Shown: positions 18,929 through 29,174, numbered from the stretch's first letter. The stretch: DNA of 64,000 nt from Nitrospinales bacterium (GCA_965262115.1 OZ253496.1:864001-928000), one strand, 5' to 3'. A program made the numbers and translations. The notes: generated by a model not told the origin, from the letters alone.

Positions 18929-20847
18929 TCTTTTTCAGCGGCGTCCGGTTTCACCAAATAGGTGTATCCGCTCAGCCCCGCCTTATAGAGATCGAGAAAA
19001 TCATCGGCTTCTTGTTGCGTGACCACGCCCCGTTGCACACACCCGATCAGGAAACCATCTATGCGCCCTGCAAGTTCATCGGCGCTGAACTGCACATAGT
19101 CTAGAACATCCGTCACATCTTCCCCTTCAATGATCTGCTCGTAGTTCACCGATCCGTCTTCTTTAATTGAAACGTGAACCGTATTGGTATCGCCAAACAG
19201 GTTGTGCAGGTCTCCCAAAATTTCCTGGTACGCTCCAGTGAGAAAAATGCAAAGGGAATAGCTTTCTTCGGGTTTGAGGGAATGCACTCTCATGGTGTTT
19301 TCGGTTCCACGGTGGTTGCCGATGAAATTGTCTATCCTTCCATCTGAATCGCAGGTGAGGTCTTCCAGCGTTGCGTCGCGGTTGGGTTCTTCATTCAGGC
19401 GGTGCAGGGGCACAACCGGAAACACCTGGTCAATCGCCCATGAGTCGGGCACCGATTGGAACACAGAAAAATTGCAGAAATATTTGTCTGCCAGCTTGGT
19501 TTTAAGAGAGCGGATATCATCTGGCAGGAATTTCAGCCGGGAACCCAGTTTTTCAATTTTCCGGCAAATCCCCCAGTAAATACGTTCGGCCACAGCTCGG
19601 TCGGCTAGGGAAATCAAGCCGAGTAGAAACTTATTCTGCACCTCCTCTTTCAGGTGCACGGCATCATGCCACGACTCGATAAGGTTTTTGTTGGAGGTGG
19701 AGTCGAGCACATCAAAAATTTCTTTCACCACTTCAGGCGCATCATCGGCAATTTCAATCTGGTCACTCCATTCCGGAAAGCTGGTCACATCCAGCACGTT
19801 CACAACAAGAATAGAGTGATGTGCTGTCATGGCACGACCCGATTCCGAAATGATATTCGGGTGCGGCAGGTCTTCTGCCCGACAAATTTCCAGAAGGTGA
19901 TAGACCACATCGTTGGCATATTCCTGCACTGAATAATTGGTGCTGGACGCGAAGGTAGACCGCGACCCGTCGTAGTCAACACCCAACCCACCGCCCACAT
20001 CTATATACTGAATATTGCACCCAAACTTCATCAATTCAGAATAGAACCGCCCCACTTCTTTCAGGATGTTTTTGATTCTGCGGATATTAGTGATCTGACT
20101 TCCCAGATGAAAGTGAATCAGTTTGACACAATCGAGGATATTTTTATTTTTGGCGATTTCCAGGGCTTCCATAAGTTCCATCGTGTTCAATCCGAACTTG
20201 GAATATTCCCCAGCTGAGGAGGACCAACGCCCCTGCCCCGCACTCACCAGCTTGATGCGGAGTCCGATATTAGGTTGCACTCCCAGTTCCCCGGCTACTT
20301 TCTCGATCAACGTCAGCTCATCAAGTTTCTCCACAACGATGAATACCTTTTTACCCAGCTTCTGGCTCATCAATGCCAGACGAATAAAAGCTTCATCTTT
20401 ATAGCCATTGCAGATCAGCAAGGCTTCCGGGTTGTCGAGGATGGCGAGTATGGCGTGCAGTTCTGGTTTGGACCCGGCTTCCAGTCCAATATTGTAAGGC
20501 TGTCCGAATCTTACAATCTCTTCCACCACCTGCCTTTGCTGGTTAACCTTGATGGGGTAGACCCCGTGATACCGGCCCTCAAAACCATATTCCTCCATGG
20601 AGTTTTGAAATGAGTTGGCAAGATTGGCGATACTGGCTTTAAGAATATCTGAAAATCGAATCAACACCGGCAGAGAATATCCCTTAGACTGGATATCATC
20701 GACCAGTTCCTTGAGATCAATATGATGCGCGCTCTTCCTGTCGGGGCGCACAACAATATTGCCCTTGGAATTGATGTCGAAATAACCCGCTCCCCAACCA
20801 TTAATGTTGTAATGTTCGTGGGCTTCGTCGATGGTCCATTTCGTCAT
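18925..20847 (-). CDS. speA: biosynthetic arginine decarboxylase
   Basis: YPIKVNQ, EAGSKPEL, HFHLGSQ, DVGGGLGVDYDG and TCDSDG. Confidence 0.95.
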   Translation of the reverse strand: MTKWTIDEAHEHYNINGWGAGYFDINSKGNIVVRPDRKSAHHIDLKELVDDIQSKGYSLPVLIRFSDILKASIANLANSFQNSMEEYGFEGRYHGVYPIKVNQQRQVVEEIVRFGQPYNIGLEAGSKPELHAILAILDNPEALLICNGYKDEAFIRLALMSQKLGKKVFIVVEKLDELTLIEKVAGELGVQPNIGLRIKLVSAGQGRWSSSAGEYSKFGLNTMELMEALEIAKNKNILDCVKLIHFHLGSQITNIRRIKNILKEVGRFYSELMKFGCNIQYIDVGGGLGVDYDGSRSTFASSTNYSVQEYANDVVYHLLEICRAEDLPHPNIISESGRAMTAHHSILVVNVLDVTSFPEWSDQIEIADDAPEVVKEIFDVLDSTSNKNLIESWHDAVHLKEEVQNKFLLGLISLADRAVAERIYWGICRKIEKLGSRLKFLPDDIRSLKTKLADKYFCNFSVFQSVPDSWAIDQVFPVVPLHRLNEEPNRDATLEDLTCDSDGRIDNFIGNHRGTENTMRVHSLKPEESYSLCIFLTGAYQEILGDLHNLFGDTNTVHVSIKEDGSVNYEQIIEGEDVTDVLDYVQFSADELAGRIDGFLIGCVQRGVVTQQEADDFLDLYKAGLSGYTYLVKPDAAEKD

Positions 20848-20898
20848 AACACAATTGCTCTCTAAAATTTTATCTACTGCTAGTCGCAGGGGCAACTG

Positions 20899-21049
20899 GC
20901 ATGAGCTCTTTCAGCCGAGATAACTCTTTGCTAGCAGAAAAAGTTATTGCTAATTTCCTCAAGGCGTAGCCTTGTTGCTATTTGTACTCCTTCTACCCCT
21001 TCGAGGCATAAAAGATAATGAGAGGATATCACAGCCCCCCGCCTAGTGG
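20899..21049 (-). repeat. mosaic repeat cluster (modules A, B, C) in the speA/lysA intergenic region
   Basis: Reverse complement reads CCACTAGGCGGGGGGCTGTGATATCC..ATGCCTCGAAGGGGTA..GCAAAGAGTTATCTCGGCT. Confidence 0.7.
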
Positions 21050-21128
21050 AATGTCAATTGAAAACAAAGGCATTCTTTGATTCGCCAACCTGTGCTATAA
21101 AATCTGGGTTATATTGTTGAGTCCATTT

Positions 21129-22391
21129 ATGGAGCAGAAAATATTCATGAAAATTGAAAATGTGGAAGTGCGGGACATCGCCGGAGAATTCGGAACCCCC
21201 GTTTATGTATACAGTATGGAACACCTTCGCCGTTCGATTGGCGAGATCAAGCAATTGGCCCCTGTTACCCGTTACGCCATGAAGGCCAATTCCAATATCC
21301 GCATTCTCAAGGAAATGCTCGACAACGGGGTCAAAATTGACGCGGTCAGTGTTTTTGAAGTGCAACGCGCGCTTCGCGCGGGATTTAGCACCGACGACAT
21401 CTGCTTCACCAGCGATGTCTTTTTCAACGATGAGGATGTGAAGTTCTGTCTTGAAAACAATATTTACTGCAATTGCGGCACATTGGGGATGGTCGAGGAA
21501 TATGGCAAGGCCCTAAAAGCTACGGGCTCCGGCTCCTCAAAAATTTCAATCCGGATCAACCCCGGCGAAGGCGCCGGCCATTCTAAAAAAACCAATACCG
21601 GCGGCCCCTACAGTAAGCACGGAATCTGGTACCAGAACCTGGATGAGGTGAAACGGTTATTAAGAGAATACGACTTGACCTTGTCCGGCGTACATATGCA
21701 CATCGGGTCTGGCGGCGATATGGAACACCTCAAACGTATCACCGGAAAACTAGTGAAATTCGCCAAACAGTTTGAAGAGGTGGAAACCGTCAACTTTGGC
21801 GGAGGGCTGCCCTACCAATATGATCCCGACCAACCGCAGGAAGATATTTCCGGATACAAAACCATTCTCGAAGAACGTGCAAAGCTATTGAAGGACCATT
21901 TTGGTCGGGACATTGTCTGCGAAATCGAACCGGGCAGAAGGTTCGTGGCGGGTTGTGGGACCCTGATCGGAGAAGTTCGCTCTCTCAATCACACCTTCGA
22001 TGAAGAGGGAAAACGTATCGACTATGTGTTGACGAATGTCGGCTTCTGCCATCTCCTCCGCCCCATGGCGTATGGATCGTTTCATCCTATCTGGTTTGTC
22101 GGTGATGACCTTGGGCCAGAACAAGATCTCATCGTGGCCGGGCCGGTTTGTGAATCCGGAGACGTGTTAACCCAAAAAGATGAAGAACCGGTAGCCCGCA
22201 CACTGCCCATGCCGAAACCAGGGGACTGCATCGTGATCGGTGGAGCCGGGGCTTACGGTCACGTCATGTCCTCAAACTACAATTCCCAGCCGCTCATCCC
22301 CGAAGTGGTGGTCGAAGGCAACCGGTGCGTGCAGACCCGAAGCCGCCAGACACTTGATGATATCCTGCAGTCGGAAAACCAGACTGATTAA
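21129..22391 (+). CDS. lysA: diaminopimelate decarboxylase
   Basis: YAMKAN, HMHIGS, EPGR, CESGD and GAYG..MSSNYN. Confidence 0.9.
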   Translation: MEQKIFMKIENVEVRDIAGEFGTPVYVYSMEHLRRSIGEIKQLAPVTRYAMKANSNIRILKEMLDNGVKIDAVSVFEVQRALRAGFSTDDICFTSDVFFNDEDVKFCLENNIYCNCGTLGMVEEYGKALKATGSGSSKISIRINPGEGAGHSKKTNTGGPYSKHGIWYQNLDEVKRLLREYDLTLSGVHMHIGSGGDMEHLKRITGKLVKFAKQFEEVETVNFGGGLPYQYDPDQPQEDISGYKTILEERAKLLKDHFGRDIVCEIEPGRRFVAGCGTLIGEVRSLNHTFDEEGKRIDYVLTNVGFCHLLRPMAYGSFHPIWFVGDDLGPEQDLIVAGPVCESGDVLTQKDEEPVARTLPMPKPGDCIVIGGAGAYGHVMSSNYNSQPLIPEVVVEGNRCVQTRSRQTLDDILQSENQTD

Positions 22392-22411
22392 CCTCTTTTT
22401 TGTTGGCCTCT

Positions 22412-22717
22412 TTAAAACAACGGGTCTATTTTCTCGGCCATCTGCACATCGGCGAGAGTGACCCCTCTTGTCGTGTGGGTCCAGTAGCGGATGGTGATGC
22501 GTTTATAGTTGATGATGATGTCCGGGTGATGATTGTTGTCTTCCGCTGCTTCGGCGATCTTACCCACAAAATCAATCCCTTCCATGAATTTGGAGGCGTG
22601 GTGGACCCGCTCGATGTAAGGCACCCCTTTTTCGTTCTTGCCGGTTTTCCATTCTGGCGCCATCTCTTTCAACTTTTCTTCCAGCTCCTGTTCAGTCAGG
22701 GCAATCTTTTCTACCAT
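22412..22717 (-). CDS. phhB: pterin-4-alpha-carbinolamine dehydratase
   Basis: NHHPDI..YWTH..GVT..D motif. Confidence 0.85.
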   Translation of the reverse strand: MVEKIALTEQELEEKLKEMAPEWKTGKNEKGVPYIERVHHASKFMEGIDFVGKIAEAAEDNNHHPDIIINYKRITIRYWTHTTRGVTLADVQMAEKIDPLF

Positions 22718-22763
22718 TTTCAAACTCCATAAATTTATATCTGGCGCAGACCGGGTTTGACAA

Positions 22764-23009
22764 TCAAACAAGTTTGTCCAGTTTTTTACGCAAGGTGGTT
22801 TCGTGCGCCTTGTATACAAAACTTTCTTCGCCATTGATGCGCACCACCGGAATGCGCTCCTTATAAGATTCAAACAACACGGGATCAGATTCAATATCCG
22901 TCAGGGTCAGGACCGCTGGATAATCGGCAAGCACCCGCTCAACAATAGCCTTCGCGTCATCGCAAAGACAGCAATCTTTTTTGGTCAGAATTTCTATATT
23001 GATACTCAT
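22764..23009 (-). CDS. glutaredoxin-like protein (DUF836)
   Basis: CCLCDDAK..DI..Y..RIPV. Confidence 0.85.
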   Translation of the reverse strand: MSINIEILTKKDCCLCDDAKAIVERVLADYPAVLTLTDIESDPVLFESYKERIPVVRINGEESFVYKAHETTLRKKLDKLV

Positions 23010-23101
23010 CGACTGCTCGCCGCAGGGGCAAAATTTATATCCAGAGGGCTAACCAATATATCTTACAGTAAACCGCCCTATTCCCTCCGGGCGTGGCCCG
23101 G

Positions 23102-24115
23102 TTACATGGAGTGGGTCATGGTTGTAATTTTCCCCCAGATAATGAGGCAGGTGAACAACAGGATGAATCCAACCAGAACCGTCATTGCCAACGGTCGTTT
23201 CTTCCAATACCTCTCTTTATTTTGATCGACGAAGGGAATGGCGGCCAGAAACAAAATGATCAACGGAGGAGCGACAATCATAAAAGGCACCCACAGGTTT
23301 TCCAAAGCATATATCCAGACAAACTGCCACGGCGGCTTGGTCACTTCCAGTCCCAGCACCGGTTCTTCTCCCAGTGGTGGAGCAATGGTGAGCGCCAGCA
23401 GGCAGATCAACAGGAACACCCCCGCTCCCGCTCTTTGCAGATATGCCATGTGCCGGGTAAAAGACATGTCTTTACTTTTTTCCTGCGCTTCGGGCAGAGG
23501 CGACAGCTTGTGGAATTTAACGTAGAACAGGTGTAGTCCCACCATCAACAAAGTGATGATCGGGAGCAATGATATATGAGCCATATAAATCCGGTTTAAC
23601 AGCGGCACTCCCGGCGCAAATTCTTCGGTCAGTGGAAAGCCAAAAATGCCGATTTGCTCTGCCACCCAGAGAAAATGCGCCAGGGCTTCATAGGCTTCCT
23701 GATCCCACTTGATAACCGTGCCCGTAAACAGCAAGGTCACCATCAGCAGCATCAGGCCGATTCCTATCAACCAGTTTATTTCGCGGGGATTTTTATAGGA
23801 TGCGGTAAAAAAGACACGTATCACATGCAGAGTCATGGTCACAGTCAGCACTTCCGCCGCCCAGAAATGAATGCCGCGCAGAAACCAGCCCAAATAAACC
23901 TGATCGACCAGGTAATGCAGGCTCTGGTTGGCGCGTTCGGGGTCGGGCACAAAAAACTGTGCCAGCAAAATTCCACTGAGAACCAGAACCGTGAAGGACG
24001 ACAGGGTCATTCCCCCAAGAGAGTATTTTATGGAGTTGGCGTGTTCTGGAATGTCGTATTCAAGAAGCTGAAAGCCTAGCCGGTCTTGCAAAATTTTTGA
24101 AAGTCCGTTAGCCAT
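23102..24115 (-). CDS. dihaem cytochrome b (b/b6 with a subunit-IV-like C-terminus)
   Basis: Four His ligands (RGIHFW, LHVIRVF, MAHIS, LHLF), PREINW, and KPPWQF at the PEWY position. Confidence 0.88.
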   Translation of the reverse strand: MANGLSKILQDRLGFQLLEYDIPEHANSIKYSLGGMTLSSFTVLVLSGILLAQFFVPDPERANQSLHYLVDQVYLGWFLRGIHFWAAEVLTVTMTLHVIRVFFTASYKNPREINWLIGIGLMLLMVTLLFTGTVIKWDQEAYEALAHFLWVAEQIGIFGFPLTEEFAPGVPLLNRIYMAHISLLPIITLLMVGLHLFYVKFHKLSPLPEAQEKSKDMSFTRHMAYLQRAGAGVFLLICLLALTIAPPLGEEPVLGLEVTKPPWQFVWIYALENLWVPFMIVAPPLIILFLAAIPFVDQNKERYWKKRPLAMTVLVGFILLFTCLIIWGKITTMTHSM

Positions 24116-24119
24116 CAGG

Positions 24120-24551
24120 TCATTCTCCCGGCCGCAGGTAAGTGAGACCGGCAAAAGCTAAGCCAGCAAACAGGGTGATGCCGACAGCAGTTCCAAACCC
24201 CTTGCTGGATGAAGAAACCCTCTCATGGTGAGAAAGCTCGACCTGAGCCTCCTGATGCTCGCTATGATTTCCCTCCATTTTCATACCCCCCATGGGCATA
24301 GGATCAGGCGAGGCTAGCTCATCTTGTGTGAACAAATCGGTGGGGGAAAACATATTATCGAGGCCGTTATCGGAGTCCGAAAGGGGGTTGACCTCTTTAG
24401 CAGAGTACATTGGGTCTATGGCCGCAGGTTCTTCCGCTTTTTTTTCCACAGACTTGTGGCCTCCACCATGTGCGAATGCTTCCTGAATTGGAAGCAGGAA
24501 GAAGGCCGCCAGAAAAACTACCGATGCAAGACAAAATTTATTCACGATCAA
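24120..24551 (-). CDS. membrane-anchored His/Met-rich exported protein
   Basis: Signal peptide ending [17 protein letters not shown] stretch and a C-terminal TM helix. Confidence 0.7.
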   Translation of the reverse strand: MIVNKFCLASVVFLAAFFLLPIQEAFAHGGGHKSVEKKAEEPAAIDPMYSAKEVNPLSDSDNGLDNMFSPTDLFTQDELASPDPMPMGGMKMEGNHSEHQEAQVELSHHERVSSSSKGFGTAVGITLFAGLAFAGLTYLRPGE

Positions 24552-25111
24552 CTCCCGAGCACCATTTGAGAAAAGGCCTCCAGAGTTTCTTCGTTGGCCC
24601 AGTCTCGTGGGCCAATCGCCTTATGGACAATGAGGCCCTCTCGATTGACGATAAAGGTTTCAGGAACACCGGTGGTCTTATAAACTTTTTTAGCGATTTC
24701 GCTTTCGGGATCGAGCAACACCGGGAAAGTCAGATTGAATTTTTTCATGAATGGCTCAATCAAACTCTGATCTTTATCCACGCTGATGGTGAGCATCTCG
24801 AATCCGAAGTCTTTATATTTTCGGTACAGTTTTTCCATCGAAGGCATTTCCACTTCGCAAGTTCCGCACCAGGTCGCCCAGAAGTTGATGAACACCACTT
24901 TGCCGCGATAGTCGGAAAGCTTCACCTTTCCTCCCGCCAAAGTAGACAGTTCAAATTCGGGAGATATAAATGCCTCTGCCGGATATTCGGTTTCAAAGGG
25001 TTTTAACTCCACCTTATTGAGCGACATCACAAACACAGACAAAAGCGCCGCAACCATAAAGGTGTAGGGAATATAAATGCTGATGGGTTTATCCTGAGCT
25101 ACGTTTTCCAT
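24548..25111 (-). CDS. TlpA/ResA-family thiol-disulfide oxidoreductase
   Basis: N-terminal TM helix, FWATWCGTC..EMP and GVPETF. Confidence 0.9.
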   Translation of the reverse strand: MENVAQDKPISIYIPYTFMVAALLSVFVMSLNKVELKPFETEYPAEAFISPEFELSTLAGGKVKLSDYRGKVVFINFWATWCGTCEVEMPSMEKLYRKYKDFGFEMLTISVDKDQSLIEPFMKKFNLTFPVLLDPESEIAKKVYKTTGVPETFIVNREGLIVHKAIGPRDWANEETLEAFSQMVLGS

Positions 25112-25120
25112 GATTTTTTT

Positions 25121-25570
25121 TTAAGTTCTGCGATAAGGCCGATAAAACTTTTTGTCCACGGCAATTACAATTTCGTCCAGGGTCTTTCCCTGATTATACA
25201 ATTCATAGGCGTAAAACACTTCTCCCAGGCAGATATCGCATTTAGAACCGTGCTTGTTCGTGTAACAGGTCAGCAGGGTTTTATGCCCATGATTCTTTTT
25301 ACAGTAGCAATAACAAAACAGGCTGTCGATCACCTTGGGAATTTCGGCGGCGATGCGGTAGGCTTTCGCCACTCGCCCCGTGAACGAGGCATCGGGCATG
25401 ATCGGGCGGGTTTCAATCAAAAATCCCGTTGCCGGAGCCACCGGCTGAGCCTTCGGCTTGGTCCCGACATAAACACCTCCCACTATCAGGCAGACCAGAA
25501 GACCCAACGCGATAAATGAAATACGTTTTTTACTCATTGATGAGGTTCTGCCAGATTTTTTCTTACCCAT
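25121..25570 (-). CDS. PCYCGC-motif family membrane-anchored protein
   Basis: LFCYCYC..GHKTLLTCY..HGSKCDICL. Confidence 0.8.
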   Translation of the reverse strand: MGKKKSGRTSSMSKKRISFIALGLLVCLIVGGVYVGTKPKAQPVAPATGFLIETRPIMPDASFTGRVAKAYRIAAEIPKVIDSLFCYCYCKKNHGHKTLLTCYTNKHGSKCDICLGEVFYAYELYNQGKTLDEIVIAVDKKFYRPYRRT

Positions 25571-25790
25571 ACGGAGTACCTCCGTTAGCAACTTGCAATA
25601 TATTTATCGTGCATCCAAACGGCTTCTCGGCTCAATGAGTCATTGCTTACTGGCCCTGTTATATCCGCTCCTCAGCTCTCATGCCCCGGAAAGGGGTACA
25701 CACTTAGTGGGGATTATATGGACTGCTGAACCTCAATTCAACTCAATTCCCCGCCATCCACCGAGGACAGAGTTTTCCCGCCCCACAGCA

Positions 25791-26591
25791 TCACAATTGA
25801 GTGTCTGTGAATTCAATATGGGATGCAGCCTTGACCAACTGGTCAGAGTTTTTCCATTGCAACTTGTCCTGGGGGATGAGAAAGTCGCCTTCGGCGTTGC
25901 GGAAGGGGCGCCACTCCCGGTCCAGATAAACCTCATTAGGCCTGAAGCTTGCCTTATAGACCAAGGATGCATTGTCGGAAATATAATAACCGAGATAAAA
26001 ATATTTGATCCGGCTCGTGAGGGCATATTCCATCTGCTTCAATACGCTGAAAGTTCCCAGGCTCATTTTTTTGTCGGGAACCTGATAAAAAGTATAAATA
26101 GCGGAAAAAGACTGGGATGTTCTGTCGCCTAGCGCCACGCCAATGAGCTTTCCATCAAGATAGTATTCGAACTCAATTCCAAAAGGCGTGTTGACATAAA
26201 AAGACAGTCGGAAATTTTGTTCGTCTTCCACATCATCCTGCAGGGAAAAAAATCTTTCCTTGTGAATGAGGTAAAGCTCAAATTTCTCATGAGTATATTG
26301 CGGGACACCAATCTTGACCTCCACACCCTTACAGGAAGCCAAAGCCCGTTTCTGGTTACGAGTCATTTTGAAATTCTCGATCCGCACCCGGATGGGAATG
26401 CACTGGTAGCAGTCCTGACAGCGGGGACGAAAAAAGTAATCCCCGAAATGGCGCATGCCATGAGCCAACAGGTATTCAAATTCCACCTCTGAGACATCTT
26501 CAAGCAGGTACTCCTCGAACAGGGATTTTCTATCCTTAAAATACCCGCATTGAAATGATCTGGAATCTATAAAATGGGCTAACATATTCAC
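25791..26591 (-). CDS. ATE1-like aminoacyl-tRNA--protein transferase (Bpt type)
   Basis: CGY, GMRHFG..FRPRC..C..CIPIRV, SLGTFSVL..YLGY and YKASFRP. Confidence 0.85.
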   Translation of the reverse strand: MNMLAHFIDSRSFQCGYFKDRKSLFEEYLLEDVSEVEFEYLLAHGMRHFGDYFFRPRCQDCYQCIPIRVRIENFKMTRNQKRALASCKGVEVKIGVPQYTHEKFELYLIHKERFFSLQDDVEDEQNFRLSFYVNTPFGIEFEYYLDGKLIGVALGDRTSQSFSAIYTFYQVPDKKMSLGTFSVLKQMEYALTSRIKYFYLGYYISDNASLVYKASFRPNEVYLDREWRPFRNAEGDFLIPQDKLQWKNSDQLVKAASHIEFTDTQL

Positions 26592-26847
26592 TTCCCCCCG
26601 CTGAGTGGAGGGGAATCCTCAAATTAAGTATCTATGATCTCATTATTCTATAATACTTTACTGTCAGATGACAAATCAGGATAAGAGACCTATATGCCTG
26701 ATATCCATTTTCAGCCCCACGATGGTCGTGAGGTTTGAAATTCTGCCCGTTTTATGATTAACTTTCCTCGCGTGGGCAGGACCCAAACAGCACAGAAACT
26801 TCAATAAACGCAAAAGTTACTCCCTTCCCTTGTGGAGATATATCGGT

Positions 26848-27522
26848 TTGAAGGTATCCATCATCGTTCCCACTCTTAATGAAGAGTTTGTTCTCGAGAA
26901 AACCCTGACACAAATCCAACAGCTTTCTCCTCATGAGTTGATTGTCAGCTATGGCGGGAGTGATGATGATACCCGCCTTATTGCCAAAAAGTTCAGCCAC
27001 CGCGTCATCACCGGGTCTGCCGGTCGCGCTATGCAAATGAATGCCGGTGCCGACGAAGCCACCGGTGATCTATTGCTTTTTTTGCATGCCGACAACCGAC
27101 TCGAGCCTGAAAGCTATCGAAAAATGCTGGAGCACATGGAGAATCCTGAATGGATCGGAGGCGCCTTCACACTCTGTATAGAATCCCAAAAATGGTCCAT
27201 CAAGTTGATTGCCCTGTTAGCCAATATCCGCTCGAAATATTTTGGCCTCGCTTATGGTGATCAGGGGTTCTTTGTCCGTAAAGAGGTTTTCAAAAACATG
27301 AATGGATTCTCCCCTCTTCCTATTTGTGAAGATCTTGATTTCTACTGCCGCTTGAGAAAGAAAGGACCTGTTATCTTGCTAAAGGAAAAGACGCATACTT
27401 CCCCAAGACGCTGGATCAAGGAAGGAATCGTTTTCACCACAGCAAGGAATATCCTCATCGCCATCCTGTTCGGCCTGGGGTTCCCGCCGCGCACCCTGAC
27501 CAAATGGTATCCCCCCCACTAG
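26848..27522 (+). CDS. GT2 glycosyltransferase, TIGR04283-like (arsenosugar-biosynthesis-associated family)
   Basis: IIVPTLNE, GRAMQMNAGA, FLHAD, YGDQGFF, EDLD and TSPRRW; the conserved DGGS reads YGGS. Confidence 0.8.
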   Translation: MKVSIIVPTLNEEFVLEKTLTQIQQLSPHELIVSYGGSDDDTRLIAKKFSHRVITGSAGRAMQMNAGADEATGDLLLFLHADNRLEPESYRKMLEHMENPEWIGGAFTLCIESQKWSIKLIALLANIRSKYFGLAYGDQGFFVRKEVFKNMNGFSPLPICEDLDFYCRLRKKGPVILLKEKTHTSPRRWIKEGIVFTTARNILIAILFGLGFPPRTLTKWYPPH

Positions 27523-27571
27523 GTGCCCTAGTAGTGCTGGATTCCAATTGTGATCAACGGGTATGCTGGCT

Positions 27572-28000
27572 TCATTCAACTTTCACTTTTTTCTGTTCAA
27601 ACAGGGCATCCAAAATAGGGCAATCAGGCACTACTCCCCCTTCACATTTTGAAGAAATTTCAGCCAATATTTTTTCCAGCTTTTTTAAATCCAAAATCTT
27701 TTGATGAATATTCCCCAGGTGATGAAGAGTGATATCTTCCACCTGCTGACAGGTGTAAGCCCCTCCATCAATTAGTTTCAAAAGGGCTCGGATATCCGCA
27801 AGCGAAAATCCTAGTTCCCTGCACCGACAAATAAATACAAGCCGCTTTAAGTGACTTTCACTATAAATCCGGTGTCCACCTTCTGTTCTGGGCGGTTTCG
27901 GGAAGATTTCAATCTTTTCATAATATCTGATTGTTTCGATCTTACAATTAGTTTGCCTGGACAAAAGCCCAATGCTCAAGTTTTTTTCTTGATTTGGCAT
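27572..28000 (-). CDS. MerR-family heavy-metal-responsive activator (three-Cys, MerR/CadR/PbrR type)
   Basis: IETIRYYE HTH, RELGFSL, and Cys84, Cys119, Cys127. Confidence 0.92.
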   Translation of the reverse strand: MPNQEKNLSIGLLSRQTNCKIETIRYYEKIEIFPKPPRTEGGHRIYSESHLKRLVFICRCRELGFSLADIRALLKLIDGGAYTCQQVEDITLHHLGNIHQKILDLKKLEKILAEISSKCEGGVVPDCPILDALFEQKKVKVE

Positions 28001-28008
28001 AATAATCC

Positions 28009-28039
28009 TTGAACCTGTAGTTACTACAGGTTCTATATT
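28009..28039 (+). promoter_or_regulatory. MerR-type promoter/operator
   Basis: -35 TTGAAC, 19-bp spacer, -10 TATATT; perfect dyad GAACCTGTAG-TTA-CTACAGGTTC (28011-28033). Confidence 0.93.
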
Positions 28040-28110
28040 ATAAATGAATAAAGGATTTCATGGAAAGGTGAATCTAGCCAAAAGACAAATCAAATTTTAA
28101 GGGGACAACT

Positions 28111-28821
28111 ATGGACAACACAAAAATTGACCACGAAATTACATCTGCTTTTGGGCTTGATATCCCCCCAATAGCAATGGCCTTTGTTGATGATCAACCG
28201 CAGGGAGTGGAAACAATCGAGGAAGAAGTTCCGTCCTTTTGTACTTTTTGGCGCATGGCAGAGAAAAAAGCGTTCTATGCCCCGGCAAATAAACATTATA
28301 ACTGCCCCATAGGAGCCATGGTGTTGGGATTCGAGATGCCCAAAGAGGTACAGGAACAATTGGGTGGTTTGGTTAAAAAAATGTGTGAATGCTCTTACTT
28401 GTCAGAAGATGAGCCTGCAAATATTCCTACCCTTACAGAAAAAAAAGTCGGCGTGGTTTATGGACCCTTGAAAGACTTTCCTGTGGAACCGCAATTGATC
28501 TTGATGTGGTTGAAACCCTCACAGGCAATGATTTACAACAAGGTTTTGGGATGCTGCAAATGGTCTGGAAGTATGGATTCTATGGCATTGGGTCGTCCGG
28601 CTTGCGCTGTGATTCCAACGACCTTAAATAAATCACCTTTTGGCATGTCTTTAGGTTGCACTGGAATGCGTACTTTCACTGAAGTCAGTGATGATCATAT
28701 TCTGGCTACACTCAATTGCAAAGAAATAGATTCCTTCCTGACCAGTCTCCAAACAACTTTATCAGCGAACAAGGAGATGAAAGAATTCTATTTAGATCAT
28801 AAAAAAAATATTACAGGTTAA
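28111..28821 (+). CDS. DUF169 family Cys-rich protein
   Basis: SFC..NCPIGA..LG, YGPL..F..P..GRPAC..SLGCTGMR pattern; 9 Cys. Confidence 0.75.
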   Translation: MDNTKIDHEITSAFGLDIPPIAMAFVDDQPQGVETIEEEVPSFCTFWRMAEKKAFYAPANKHYNCPIGAMVLGFEMPKEVQEQLGGLVKKMCECSYLSEDEPANIPTLTEKKVGVVYGPLKDFPVEPQLILMWLKPSQAMIYNKVLGCCKWSGSMDSMALGRPACAVIPTTLNKSPFGMSLGCTGMRTFTEVSDDHILATLNCKEIDSFLTSLQTTLSANKEMKEFYLDHKKNITG

Positions 28822-28876
28822 ATATGGTCCGTTTTCAATTTAAAAGAATTAAAACTTGAATAAAGGAAACAATATT

Positions 28877-29146
28877 ATGCCAAAGAGAAAAGTTGAAGTT
28901 TTTACAAGTGGTTGCCCAATTTGTGAGCCCACCATGGACCTTGTCAAAAGCTTGGCTTGTCCATCGTGTGAAGTCACTGTTTATGATTTAACCAAGGACG
29001 AGAATAAAGAAATTCAAAACAAGGCGGCATTTTATGGAATCGAAAGGATTCCTGCGGTCGCAGTAGATGAAAAATTATTGGAATGCTGCGAAATGAGTTC
29101 GGTTTCTGAAAGCATATTAAGACAGGCAGGGATAGGGAGCGCATAA
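28877..29146 (+). CDS. small thioredoxin/glutaredoxin-fold protein with CxxC, CPSC and CC
   Basis: VFTSGCPIC, ACPSC, IPAVAVD and ECC. Confidence 0.82.
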   Translation: MPKRKVEVFTSGCPICEPTMDLVKSLACPSCEVTVYDLTKDENKEIQNKAAFYGIERIPAVAVDEKLLECCEMSSVSESILRQAGIGSA

Positions 29147-29174
29147 ATTTTAATTATTTTGGAAGGTTTTTATT

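Noticed and set aside
20848..21128. Riboswitch upstream of speA or lysA
   Set aside because: The structured sequence is explained by the dispersed repeat modules; no lysine or other aptamer consensus is seen
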